Positions 1-8,916 of a DNA stretch of 39,261 nucleotides are shown piece after piece. The notes under the pieces are model-generated. The model was not told where the DNA came from, did no database searches, and saw nothing but the letters and a program-made list of their open reading frames with translations. The DNA comes from Bacillales bacterium (GTDB lineage Bacteria > Bacillota_I > Bacilli_A > RF39 > UBA660): contig JAEEKO010000073.1 of assembly GCA_016282415.1 (NCBI GenBank), forward strand, positions 1 to 39,261. The letters run 5' to 3'. The position numbers and the translations under genes are program-made. The stretch's first letter is position 1. The number at the start of each line of letters is the position of its first letter.

Positions 1-864
1 GTTGAAATATTAAAACATTGGATGCCAGTTGAGTTATATGTGGGAGGTCCGGAACATGCTGTCGGTCATCTCATTTCTTCTCGTATTTGGAATAATTACT
101 TATATGATAAAGGATTATCTCCAGTAAAAGAACCGTTTAAAAAATTAGTTCATCAAGGAATGATTTTAGGATCTAATGGTATTAAAATGGGTAAACGTTT
201 CCCAGAATATGTTGTTAATCCATCTGATGTTGTTAGAGATTATGGTGCTGATACCTTAAGACTTTATGAAATGTTTATGGGGCCACTTGAAGCTTCTAAG
301 CCTTGGTCAAATCAAGGTGTTGAAGGTGCTCGAAAATTCCTTGATCGTGTATGGCGTTTAATAATTGAAGATAATAAAATTAGTGAAGAAGTAAATAAAA
401 ACTTAGAAGTGCCATATAATAAAATGGTTAAGAAAGTTACTAATGATTTTGAAGCATTATCATTTAATACTGCTATTTCTGAAATGATGGTATTTATTAA
501 TGCTTGTTATAAAGAAGAAGTATTAACTAAATCATATATTGAAGGTTTTGTTAAATTATTAAATCCAATTTGTCCACATATTACTGAAGAAATGTGGGAA
601 AAATTAGGACACAATAATACCATTGCTTATGAATCATGGCCAACATATGATGAAGCTAAAACCGTTGATGATGAAATCGAAATTGGGGTTCAAGTTAATG
701 GTAAATTAAGAGCTACTATTAAAGTAAGCGTTGATGAAGCTGAAGAATCATTAAAGGAAAAAGCTCTTTCTGAAGAAAACGTTAAGAAGTTTACCGAAGG
801 TAAAGAAATATTAAAAGTTATTGCTATTAAAGGTAAGATTGTTAATATAGTTGTAAAAGGTTAG
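1..864 (+). CDS. leuS: Leucine--tRNA ligase, C-terminal part (5' end outside window)
   Basis: [31 protein letters not shown]-equivalent [35 protein letters not shown]. Confidence 0.97.
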   Translation, partial: VEILKHWMPVELYVGGPEHAVGHLISSRIWNNYLYDKGLSPVKEPFKKLVHQGMILGSNGIKMGKRFPEYVVNPSDVVRDYGADTLRLYEMFMGPLEASKPWSNQGVEGARKFLDRVWRLIIEDNKISEEVNKNLEVPYNKMVKKVTNDFEALSFNTAISEMMVFINACYKEEVLTKSYIEGFVKLLNPICPHITEEMWEKLGHNNTIAYESWPTYDEAKTVDDEIEIGVQVNGKLRATIKVSVDEAEESLKEKALSEENVKKFTEGKEILKVIAIKGKIVNIVVKG

Positions 865-885
865 TAGAAATACTAATCTTTTTTT
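858..885 (+). terminator. Intrinsic terminator of leuS
   Basis: AGGTTAGTA-GAAA-TACTAATCT hairpin followed by T-run. Confidence 0.8.
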
Positions 886-916
886 GACAATTTTTTTATT
901 AAGTCTTTTTTATAAT
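884..916 (+). promoter_or_regulatory. Spo0A-type sigmaA promoter (TTGACA-N21-TATAAT)
   Basis: TTGACA 884-889, 21-nt spacer, TATAAT 911-916; geometry of B. subtilis spoIIE/spoIIG promoters. Confidence 0.55.
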
Positions 917-932
917 AAATTCGGTGATTAAA

Positions 933-1109
933 GTGAAGGTAAAACTGTTTGATGAATCCGATGAAATTGATTTACAAAACGCAATAAATTCGTTTTTAAA
1001 TAGTGGAACTTATGATATAATTGATATTAGGTATCAAGTTGCTATATCAATGACGCATGAAGAACAAATTTATTGTTTTTCAGCGATGGTGATATATCAT
1101 GAAGGTTGA
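933..1109 (+). CDS. cse60: Cse60-family (DUF2758) sporulation protein
   Basis: VKLFDE..E.DL...IN.FL..DI.YQVA..EQIYCFSAMVIY; GTG start after GGTGA RBS (ORF track starts 924). Confidence 0.8.
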   Translation: MKVKLFDESDEIDLQNAINSFLNSGTYDIIDIRYQVAISMTHEEQIYCFSAMVIYHEG

Positions 1110-2757
1110 GTGGTTTAAAGTGAAAAAAAGTAGTTTTGTTGAAGGAACTATTATTGCAACATTAGCAATTGTTTTTACTAAATTATTAGGAATGTTATAT
1201 GTTATACCATTTTATGCAACTGTTGGTAAAATGGGTGGTGCTTTATATGCTTATGCTTATAACATTTATATTATTTTCTTAGATATTTCAACAGCCGGTA
1301 TTCCAACTGCAATGAGTAAGATTATTAATGAATATGATACTTTAAAATATAAAGACGCTAAATATCGAGCTTTTAAAATTGGTCGAAATATTATTCTTAT
1401 TATTTCCTTAATTGCCTTTTTAGTATTAATGATATTTGCACCATTAATTGCTAAAATGTTAATTGGTGATATGAAGGGTGGAAATTCAATTAGTGATGTA
1501 GCATTTACGATTCGTGCTGTTGCATTTGCGTTATTAGTTATTCCGTTCCTTGCTGTATCAAAAGGTTATTTACAGGGTCATAAAGTTATTAATATATCTT
1601 CAGTAAGTCAAGTAATTGAACAAATTGTTAGAATTGCGGTAATCTTAGTTGGTAGTTATGTTGTTTATAAAGTATTAGGATTACCACTTAAATATGCTAT
1701 TGGACTTGCTGTATCCGGTGCTTTCTTTGGTGGATTATTTGCGTACTTATATGTCTTTGTTAAGATGAAAGTTAATAAAAAACAATTAGATTTAACTGGT
1801 AATTTAACGAAAGATGATATTAGTAATAAGGAAATTGTTAAAAAGATTTTTAATTATGCCATTCCATTTATAATTATTAGTGCTTGCATGAGTATCTATA
1901 ATTTTGTGAATATGGTCTTTATTAATCGTACTTTAGCTTATTTAAATTATGATGCGAAGACAGTTGAGTATATTACGACATCAATTACCACATGGGCACC
2001 AAAGATTAGTATGATTATTACTTCTTTAGCAATGGGTATGACAATTAGTTTAATTCCAAATATTGTTGAAGCCTTTACATTAAAAAAATGGGATTTAGTT
2101 AATGAAAGATTTAATAAAGCCTTACAAATTATTATTTTTGTTAGTTTACCAGCATGTGTTGGAATTATGTTGCTAGCTAGACCGGTATGGACTATTTTCT
2201 ATGGAAGAGATGTTTTAGGATATCATATATTAACCGTTTGTATTATCGTACCATTAATTCAAAATGTATTTATGATTACCCAATCAACTTTACAAAGTTT
2301 AAACAAATTTAAAGCAGTTTATATTAGTACTATTTTAGGTTTAATACTAAATGCTTCTTTAGATATACCATTAATGATATTATTTGATAAGTTTGGATTA
2401 GCTTATGTTGGTGCTACAATTGCTACCATTGTTGGTTATAGTTTATCAATTGTAATTGCTCTTACTTTATTAAAGAAGGAACATCAACTACATTATGGTG
2501 CTACTTTCAAAATGACTTTAAAAACATTAATACCATTAGTTATTATGATTGCAACTGTAGTCGGATTAAAATTAGTTATTCCATATGTTGATGGTAAGTT
2601 ATATATAATTGGATATATTGCGGTTATTAGTGTTACGGGAGCATTAGTATATTTATTTGTTAGTTATAAAATGGGTATTTTAGAAAGTGCTTTTGGTAAA
2701 GAATACTTAAATAGAATCATGAAAAAACTTACCTTTGGTAAGCTTCAAATTAAATAA
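1099..2757 (+). CDS. murJ: MOP-family flippase (MurJ/YtgP/SpoVB-like)
   Basis: KLLGMLYVIPFY, YAYAYNIY, STAGIPTAMSK, KGYLQG, SQVIEQIVR; many TM segments; leuS-neighbourhood synteny. Confidence 0.85.
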   Translation: MKVEWFKVKKSSFVEGTIIATLAIVFTKLLGMLYVIPFYATVGKMGGALYAYAYNIYIIFLDISTAGIPTAMSKIINEYDTLKYKDAKYRAFKIGRNIILIISLIAFLVLMIFAPLIAKMLIGDMKGGNSISDVAFTIRAVAFALLVIPFLAVSKGYLQGHKVINISSVSQVIEQIVRIAVILVGSYVVYKVLGLPLKYAIGLAVSGAFFGGLFAYLYVFVKMKVNKKQLDLTGNLTKDDISNKEIVKKIFNYAIPFIIISACMSIYNFVNMVFINRTLAYLNYDAKTVEYITTSITTWAPKISMIITSLAMGMTISLIPNIVEAFTLKKWDLVNERFNKALQIIIFVSLPACVGIMLLARPVWTIFYGRDVLGYHILTVCIIVPLIQNVFMITQSTLQSLNKFKAVYISTILGLILNASLDIPLMILFDKFGLAYVGATIATIVGYSLSIVIALTLLKKEHQLHYGATFKMTLKTLIPLVIMIATVVGLKLVIPYVDGKLYIIGYIAVISVTGALVYLFVSYKMGILESAFGKEYLNRIMKKLTFGKLQIK

Positions 2758-3043
2758 TATACATATTATTAGAATCATCATCGGTATTAGAATAAAGCGT
2801 TGATGATTCTAATTTATTTATGCGTTCATTTAAGCGAGTGATGCTACGTTCGATTTTAGCAAATCTTGCTTCATAGTCAGAATACATATTATCATTATTA
2901 GGAGCCATATTAGGAATTATGTTAGGGTTAGGATAGTTTCCTTGATAAAAGTTGTTTGCTTCATTAAAACCATAACTATATGGGTTTGCAAAACTAGTCA
3001 TTTGATTATTAGATTGACTAAAGAAGCTATTACGATTTTTCAT
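2750..3043 (-). CDS. Small Asn/Tyr/Pro-rich protein with C-terminal coiled coil, probable spore-coat protein
   Basis: AGGAGG RBS before ATG 3043; RFAKIERSITRLNERINKLE; sigmaK-like promoter upstream. Confidence 0.6.
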   Translation of the reverse strand: MKNRNSFFSQSNNQMTSFANPYSYGFNEANNFYQGNYPNPNIIPNMAPNNDNMYSDYEARFAKIERSITRLNERINKLESSTLYSNTDDDSNNMYII

Positions 3044-3062
3044 GACTCTACCTCCTAATATT

Positions 3063-3088
3063 AAAATATGATAAATCAATAAAGAGGT
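3063..3088 (-). promoter_or_regulatory. sigmaK-like promoter
   Basis: Minus strand AC-N16-CATATTTT. Confidence 0.5.
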
Positions 3089-3095
3089 GAATTAA

Positions 3096-3722
3096 ATGCG
3101 CTTAAGAAATTTAAAAAATAATAGTGAATTAATCAATAATTGCAACTTTTTAGTTAAAAGTCCTGATGAATATAAAGGCAAATGGAAAGAAAATTTTGTC
3201 AATAGTGAAAATCCAATTCATTTAGAAATTGGTATGGGTAAGGGTAAGTTCATTTATGAAATGGCTAAGAAATATCCAAATATTAATTTTATTGGACTAG
3301 AAAAATATGATAACGTTATGGCTCGAGCAATTAAAAAAATGCCTGAGATGTTACCTAATTTACTTTTAATTAATACGGATGCTTTAAATATAGCTAGTAT
3401 TTTTGATCATGAAATTAGTACGGTTTATTTAAACTTTTCAGATCCATGGCCTAAGAAAAGACATGCTAATCGTCGCTTAACTAGTGAAACTTTTTTAGCA
3501 ATTTATGATCATATTTTTAAAGACGAAAATATTATTATTCAAAAAACGGATAATATTCTATTATTTGGTTATTCTTTACAAAGTTTAAGCATGTATGGTT
3601 ATAAGTTCAAAGAAGTAACCTTGGATTTAGCAAATACCGATATTCCTAATGTAACTACGGAATATGAAGAAAAGTTTATGAATGAAGGAACTAAAATAAA
3701 TTATTTATATGCTATTAAATAG
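3096..3722 (+). CDS. trmB: tRNA (guanine-N7)-methyltransferase
   Basis: HLEIGMGKG, NFIGLE, YLNFSDPWPKKRHANRRLT, KTDN, TEYEEKF. Confidence 0.97.
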   Translation: MRLRNLKNNSELINNCNFLVKSPDEYKGKWKENFVNSENPIHLEIGMGKGKFIYEMAKKYPNINFIGLEKYDNVMARAIKKMPEMLPNLLLINTDALNIASIFDHEISTVYLNFSDPWPKKRHANRRLTSETFLAIYDHIFKDENIIIQKTDNILLFGYSLQSLSMYGYKFKEVTLDLANTDIPNVTTEYEEKFMNEGTKINYLYAIK

Positions 3723-3755
3723 ATTTATGGTATAATTTTTAGTAGAGGTTATAGT

Positions 3756-4391
3756 ATGAAAATAAGAAAAATATTACTAATTGTGATTAGTATCTTATTG
3801 GTTAGTGGTTGTTCAACTGTTAATCGTATGAGTTACCAAGAAATAATTAATAAAACTAAGAGCAGTAATAGTTTATCAAATGTAACAAGACGTGGTTATA
3901 AATATTACATTCCAAAGGGAATTAAATTAATTAACAACAAAGATTTTAATGAGATCTTAATGGATCAAGATAATGTCTATTATTTATATGTTGATGTTGT
4001 AAGTTATTACAATAATGTAAAATTTGATTATAAAATTAATAAGAATGCTTACTATAGTCAAAAATTAGATAATGGTTATTTAGAGATTAACAAAACCGAA
4101 GATAACAAATATCTCATTGAAATTATGGATAATTATGCTAAAATAGAAGTAATAGTTAATGAAAAAAATATTAAGAAAGCATTAACGTATAGTAATATTT
4201 TAATATCATCTGTTGATTATAAATATGACGTTTTAGATAACATGATGAAAGATGATTCATTTAATACATCAGAAATCGAATTTAATATCTTTAAAACGGT
4301 AGCTAGTGATTCTGATTTTGCAACATATGAAGAACAATATGGTCAATATAATGAAAATGATGATGTTAAAGATAGTGATTTAATAGAATAG
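3756..4391 (+). CDS. Lipoprotein of unknown function
   Basis: Basic N-terminus, hydrophobic core, lipobox VSG-C. Confidence 0.75.
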   Translation: MKIRKILLIVISILLVSGCSTVNRMSYQEIINKTKSSNSLSNVTRRGYKYYIPKGIKLINNKDFNEILMDQDNVYYLYVDVVSYYNNVKFDYKINKNAYYSQKLDNGYLEINKTEDNKYLIEIMDNYAKIEVIVNEKNIKKALTYSNILISSVDYKYDVLDNMMKDDSFNTSEIEFNIFKTVASDSDFATYEEQYGQYNENDDVKDSDLIE

Positions 4392-4401
4392 GATTGGTGT
4401 T

Positions 4402-5451
4402 ATGAAACTATTAGATAAATTAAAAGATATCTTATTTGATGAAGAAGAGGAAGAAGTAGAAGAAAACGTTGTTCCTAAAAAAGTTATTAAACATGAGGTA
4501 TCTGAAAAAGTTGAAAAGGTTGAAGAAAAAGTTGAAGAAGAAAAACCCGTTGATAATAATATCAATTTAGAAAATACTTTTAAATTTCCATTATTTGATG
4601 AACAAGAATTTGAAAGTACTAAACCTAAATCTATTCTTGAACCTAAGAAAAACTTTGGGTTAGATGAAATTGAAACTTATCGTAGCGAATTTCATCGTGA
4701 AGAGAAAAAGCCAATTAAGGAATTAAATGTTGAACCTGATTATGATGCGTTCTTAAGTGAAAAGCCAAAGGAAAAAGGTGTATTTAAACCATCACCAATT
4801 ATTTCACCAGTATATGGTATTTTAAATAAGAATTATGATAAAGATTCAATTCAAGATATTGGGGAATTAAATACAACAACTTTACCATCTAGTAAACCTA
4901 AAACTTTAAATGTAGATGATGTTCGTAAGAAAGCGTTTGGACAATTAGATAGTGAAATTAAATCAATTGAAGAATTAAATCCTACTAAAGTTACAATTAC
5001 AGAGATTATTACTAACCCAGATAATGATGATGATCGTATTCCAGATGTTTCGGATACGATGGAATTAAAACAAACTTTAACGGGGATTAGAGAAAACTTA
5101 GAAAACATTAGTGGTAAGATGGCAGATATTGAAACTAAGGTTGATAATCATTTTGAAACTGAAGATGAATTAGATAAGCCAAGAAATGCTGTTGAATTAT
5201 TAAATCAAATCGAAGATGAATTAGATAAAACATTAGAATTAAGAAAACAAGATTTAGAAGAAATTAAAGATGATTATCTAGATGATTTTGAAGATGTTAA
5301 ATATGATGATGTTGATGAAGTAGAAGATGCAATCGAAGAAAAAGTTGCTGATGAACCATCAAAAAATGATACTGATAATAGTGATGAATTATTTAATTTA
5401 ATCGATGCAATGTATGATAATACTGAAGATACAACTGATGAAACAGAATAA
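4402..5451 (+). CDS. Acidic protein resembling the SftA/YtpT N-terminal region, lacking an FtsK motor domain
   Basis: N-terminal amphipathic LLDKLKDILF, FKFP and FKPSPIISPVYG motifs; lies before ytxG/ytxH-like genes. Confidence 0.55.
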   Translation: MKLLDKLKDILFDEEEEEVEENVVPKKVIKHEVSEKVEKVEEKVEEEKPVDNNINLENTFKFPLFDEQEFESTKPKSILEPKKNFGLDEIETYRSEFHREEKKPIKELNVEPDYDAFLSEKPKEKGVFKPSPIISPVYGILNKNYDKDSIQDIGELNTTTLPSSKPKTLNVDDVRKKAFGQLDSEIKSIEELNPTKVTITEIITNPDNDDDRIPDVSDTMELKQTLTGIRENLENISGKMADIETKVDNHFETEDELDKPRNAVELLNQIEDELDKTLELRKQDLEEIKDDYLDDFEDVKYDDVDEVEDAIEEKVADEPSKNDTDNSDELFNLIDAMYDNTEDTTDETE

Positions 5452-5473
5452 TTAATTAGAAAAGAGGATAAAA

Positions 5474-5782
5474 ATGGAAACACTACAAAACATATTACCA
5501 ATAATTATTGATTTTTTAATAATAATTATCTTAATAGTTGGCATAATATTAGGTATAAGAGCAATTATTACCATCGGTAAAGTTGATAAGATTGTTGATG
5601 ATGTTAATGATAAAGTTGAATCATTAAATGGATTCTTTTCAGTACTTGATTTTATAACTGATCGTATGTCATCAATTAGTGATATTTTCTTCGACGGAAT
5701 ATCAAGTTTGTTTGGTGGTTTTGTTGCTTCTCGAATTCGTCATCAAAAGAGAAAGGATGATCAAGAAGATGAAGAAGAGTAG
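5474..5782 (+). CDS. YtxG/DUF948-like membrane protein
   Basis: N-terminal TM then helical region; directly precedes ytxH-like gene. Confidence 0.6.
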   Translation: METLQNILPIIIDFLIIIILIVGIILGIRAIITIGKVDKIVDDVNDKVESLNGFFSVLDFITDRMSSISDIFFDGISSLFGGFVASRIRHQKRKDDQEDEEE

Positions 5783-6251
5783 TGGTTGGGGCAAATTCTT
5801 TTTAGGAGCTGCCGTTGGTGCTGGGTTGGCCCTTTTATTCGCACCACAAAGTGGTAAAGAAACCAGAGCAATGTTATGGAATAAAATGGTATACCTAAAG
5901 AAAAAACTTGAAGAAATTGAACCTGAAGATGTTAAGAATAAAGCTATTGAAATAATGGATGATATTAAAACAACCTTAAGAGATTTAGATAAAGAAAAAG
6001 TAAAAGAAATAATTCAAGAAAAAAGCTTATATGCAATTGCTAAAGCTGATGAATTAATTACGCTTGCTAAAGAAAAAGGAACACCTGTGTTCCAAAAAGC
6101 AGCATATGATATTAAAGATAAAACTAGTGATGTATTAAAAGATGTTGCTAATAAATTAGATGAATCTAATGAAAAATCACCAGTTAAAAAAATTGCGACT
6201 AAGAAAACTACAACTAAGAAAGCAGTTAAGAAAAATGCAAGAACAGCCTAA
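5769..6251 (+). CDS. ytxH: YtxH-domain protein
   Basis: FFLGAAVGAGLALLFAPQSGKETR; start at ATG 5769 after AAAGGA. Confidence 0.85.
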   Translation: MKKSSGWGKFFLGAAVGAGLALLFAPQSGKETRAMLWNKMVYLKKKLEEIEPEDVKNKAIEIMDDIKTTLRDLDKEKVKEIIQEKSLYAIAKADELITLAKEKGTPVFQKAAYDIKDKTSDVLKDVANKLDESNEKSPVKKIATKKTTTKKAVKKNARTA

Positions 6252-6552
6252 GAATTTCACAATGATTGATGAAGGCTTTACTTGCTTAGTATGTGGTAAG
6301 GAAGTTAAACCATTAAATTATTCAGCACGTGATCATTGCCCATATTGTTTATGTTCGTTACATGTTGATGTTAATCCTGGTGATCGTGCTTCCAATTGTC
6401 ATGGTATCTTAGAACCAATTGATATTGAAAAATATAAAGATACTTATAAAATAATTTATCGATGTAATAAATGTGGTTATCTTCATAAAAATAAAATTGC
6501 TAATGATGATAACTTTGATAAAATTTTAGAAATTATGAAAAGCAAAACATAA
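6235..6552 (+). CDS. RNHCP-domain zinc-binding protein
   Basis: FTCLVCG, ARDHCPYCLCSLHVD..PGDRAS.C.G.L.P, YRCNKCG. Confidence 0.88.
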   Translation: MQEQPKNFTMIDEGFTCLVCGKEVKPLNYSARDHCPYCLCSLHVDVNPGDRASNCHGILEPIDIEKYKDTYKIIYRCNKCGYLHKNKIANDDNFDKILEIMKSKT

Positions 6553-6572
6553 TAAATGGTTTTGCTTTTTTA
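6538..6572 (+). terminator. Intrinsic terminator
   Basis: AAAAGCAAAAC...GTTTTGCTTTT plus T-run. Confidence 0.75.
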
Positions 6573-6588
6573 TTGCTAAAATAATGTT

Positions 6589-6693
6589 ATATGGCGGAGT
6601 TCATTGTAGTTAAATTAAATTTCCTGCTACTTATTCTGAAGCAACTTATGTTGGTACAAGATTAATTATTCATGAATCATTAATCTTTTTTTT
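6589..6693 (+). ncRNA. Candidate ~100-nt sRNA or 24-codon leaderless ORF (6591-6665)
   Basis: Extended -10 TGcTAAAAT 6574-6582, short stems, own terminator 6658-6693. Confidence 0.3.
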
Positions 6694-6724
6694 GACATAA
6701 TTTTTAATCTTTATTAGATAAGAT
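6692..6724 (+). promoter_or_regulatory. Spo0A-dependent spoIIG promoter (TTGACA-N21-TAAGAT)
   Basis: TTTGACA reverse 0A-like box over the -35; 21-nt spacer. Confidence 0.65.
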
Positions 6725-6739
6725 ATACATGGTGATCTT

Positions 6740-7477
6740 ATGTATATCGAGTTAATCATTATATTAAACTATCTTTTTGATTTTATCTTATTATTTAGTG
6801 TAAATATGGTTTTAAAAAATAATATTTCATTAACTAGATTGAGTATTGGGGCCTTATCAGGAATCTTAACAATACCATTTATTTTTTTAAAAATACCTTA
6901 TTATATAACCATTGTTATTCGATTGTTATATGGTTTAGTTATGGTTATTGTTACTTTTAAATATAAGAATATTATTTATACAATTAAGAACTTGTTGTAT
7001 TTATATATGATTTCTACCATTATTGGTGGCTTTTTATACTATTTAAGCATCGAAATTAGTTATCAGGTATTCTTAATCGTTTTAGTACCTTTTTATCTTT
7101 ATTTGGTTTATTTTATGATTAAAAAAGAAGAACGTATACGATCTTATTCTTATAATGTTAAAGTAGCAATAAATAATAATGAAATTGCTTTAAAAGGTTA
7201 TTTAGATACTGGTAATGCGGTTAAAGATTATTTATTAAATAATAAAGTTATCATTGTTTCCAATGATGTTATTAGTAAATATTTAAATAATAATATTTTT
7301 TATTACTTAAATATTAAAACGGTCAGTGGTGAAGAGTTACTACGGTGTTATAAGGTTAATAAAGTAGAGATTAATAATAAAGTAATTAATAAATGTGTTG
7401 TGGGAGTTTCATCTCATTTTGACCATAATACCTTTGATGTATTAATACCATATTACTTAGAGGAGGATATATGTTAA
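6740..7477 (+). CDS. spoIIGA: Pro-sigmaE processing aspartic peptidase
   Basis: N-terminal YIE..IILNYLFDFILL, several TMs, catalytic GYLDTGN; overlaps sigE start. Confidence 0.9.
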   Translation: MYIELIIILNYLFDFILLFSVNMVLKNNISLTRLSIGALSGILTIPFIFLKIPYYITIVIRLLYGLVMVIVTFKYKNIIYTIKNLLYLYMISTIIGGFLYYLSIEISYQVFLIVLVPFYLYLVYFMIKKEERIRSYSYNVKVAINNNEIALKGYLDTGNAVKDYLLNNKVIIVSNDVISKYLNNNIFYYLNIKTVSGEELLRCYKVNKVEINNKVINKCVVGVSSHFDHNTFDVLIPYYLEEDIC

Positions 7478-8151
7478 GAAGATTAATTAATTATTTAAGA
7501 AGATTATTTAATAAATGCTTTTTTGTTGGTGCTACGGACAAATTACCACCACCACTAAGTCGCGATGAAGAATTACAATTATTAATTAAAAGTAAAAGTG
7601 GTGATGAAACTGCTACTAACAAACTGATTGAACATAATTTAAGATTAGTAGTTTACTTATCAAAAAAATATGAGAATACGGGTTATGACATTGAAGATTT
7701 AGTATCAATTGGATCAATTGGATTAATAAAAGGAATTAGTACTTATAAAATTGATAAGAATATTAAACTGGCGACTTATTGTTCAAGATGTATCAGTAAT
7801 GAAATCTTAATGTTTTTAAGAAAAAATAAGAATAAACGGGTTGAAGTTAGTTTAGAAGATGCACTGAATTATGATAGTGACGGAAATGAATTACATTTAG
7901 AAGATGTTTTGGGTAGTGACGAAAACATCGTTGAAGATGAAATTCTGCATAATTATGAAATTAGTTTATTAAAAAATGAATTATTAAAAATTAAGGGTCG
8001 CGATGGTAAAATAATTCGGATGCGCTATGGAATAAACTGTCCAAAAGAATATACGCAGAAAGAAGTCGCGGAGATTTTAGGAATTAGTCAATCTTATATT
8101 TCAAGAATTGAAAAAAAGATAATCCGATACTTAAAAAACTTGTTAAACTAA
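7471..8151 (+). CDS. sigE: Sporulation sigma factor E
   Basis: Basic pro-sequence, LPPPL, LIEHNLRLVVY, EDLVSIGSIGLIK, KIKLATY-like NIKLATYCSRCI, ISQSYISRIEK. Confidence 0.93.
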   Translation: MLRRLINYLRRLFNKCFFVGATDKLPPPLSRDEELQLLIKSKSGDETATNKLIEHNLRLVVYLSKKYENTGYDIEDLVSIGSIGLIKGISTYKIDKNIKLATYCSRCISNEILMFLRKNKNKRVEVSLEDALNYDSDGNELHLEDVLGSDENIVEDEILHNYEISLLKNELLKIKGRDGKIIRMRYGINCPKEYTQKEVAEILGISQSYISRIEKKIIRYLKNLLN

Positions 8152-8160
8152 CAAGTTTTT
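8134..8160 (+). terminator. Terminator after sigE
   Basis: AAAAACTTGTTA-AAC-TAACAAGTTTTT. Confidence 0.7.
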
Positions 8161-8205
8161 ATTATGATATAATAAAAATGTTAAGTATAGTTGACAAATT
8201 TCCAA

Positions 8206-8231
8206 TTAAAGTTGGTAGCACGCAACTTTAA
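8206..8231. promoter_or_regulatory. Candidate operator of the XRE regulator
   Basis: Perfect IR TTAAAGTTG-N8-CAACTTTAA straddling the -35 of TATAAT 8239-8244. Confidence 0.5.
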
Positions 8232-8268
8232 CAATAAGTATAATTAGAGTCATGAAAGAGGTGATATT

Positions 8269-8916
8269 ATGGACTTAGCTAATAAATTATTAGAACTAAG
8301 AAAAAAGAAAGGATTAAGCCAAGAAGAGGTAGCTGATACTTTAGGGGTATCAAGACAAACGGTAAGTAAATGGGAGACTGGTCAAAGCACTCCAGATTTT
8401 GATAAGATTCAACCATTATGTGAATTATATGAAATTAGTACTAACGAACTAATGAATGTTAATTATGATGCTCCTAAATTTGAAAAAGAAAATCAAAATA
8501 TTAAAAGAAAAAGAGCAGTGCTTTTAGTAATAGCAATTTTCTTATATATTACTTGTGTTATTCCAGTGATATTTACTGATGCTGGTTTAGATGAAATTGT
8601 TGGTATTACGATTATGTTTGTAATGGTTGCTTTTGCAACATGCTTAATTGTTTATCGTAGTGCGATGTATGGTGATCATAGTAATAAACCTAAAATGATT
8701 CCTAAAAATGAAACTAAAACTAATACGGTTTTTAAAGGAGTTTCTTCAGTACTAGGGATCTTAACGGTTATTATTTATTTATTAATTAGTTTCCTTACTG
8801 GAGCTTGGTACATTACTTGGATTATCTTCTTAATATTTGGATTAGTAAAAGCAATTATTAAACTATTCTTTATTTTGAATGGAGAGGAAGTAAAAGATGA
8901 AGACGACGAAAATTAG
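8269..8916 (+). CDS. XRE-family HTH regulator with C-terminal 4-TM domain
   Basis: LRKKKGLSQEEVADTLGVSRQTVSKWETG.STPD plus hydrophobic segments. Confidence 0.9.
   Translation: MDLANKLLELRKKKGLSQEEVADTLGVSRQTVSKWETGQSTPDFDKIQPLCELYEISTNELMNVNYDAPKFEKENQNIKRKRAVLLVIAIFLYITCVIPVIFTDAGLDEIVGITIMFVMVAFATCLIVYRSAMYGDHSNKPKMIPKNETKTNTVFKGVSSVLGILTVIIYLLISFLTGAWYITWIIFLIFGLVKAIIKLFFILNGEEVKDEDDEN

Noticed and set aside
6591-6660. HDV-like or hammerhead ribozyme
   Set aside because: No catalytic C in the J4/2-equivalent and no CUGANGA/GAAA core
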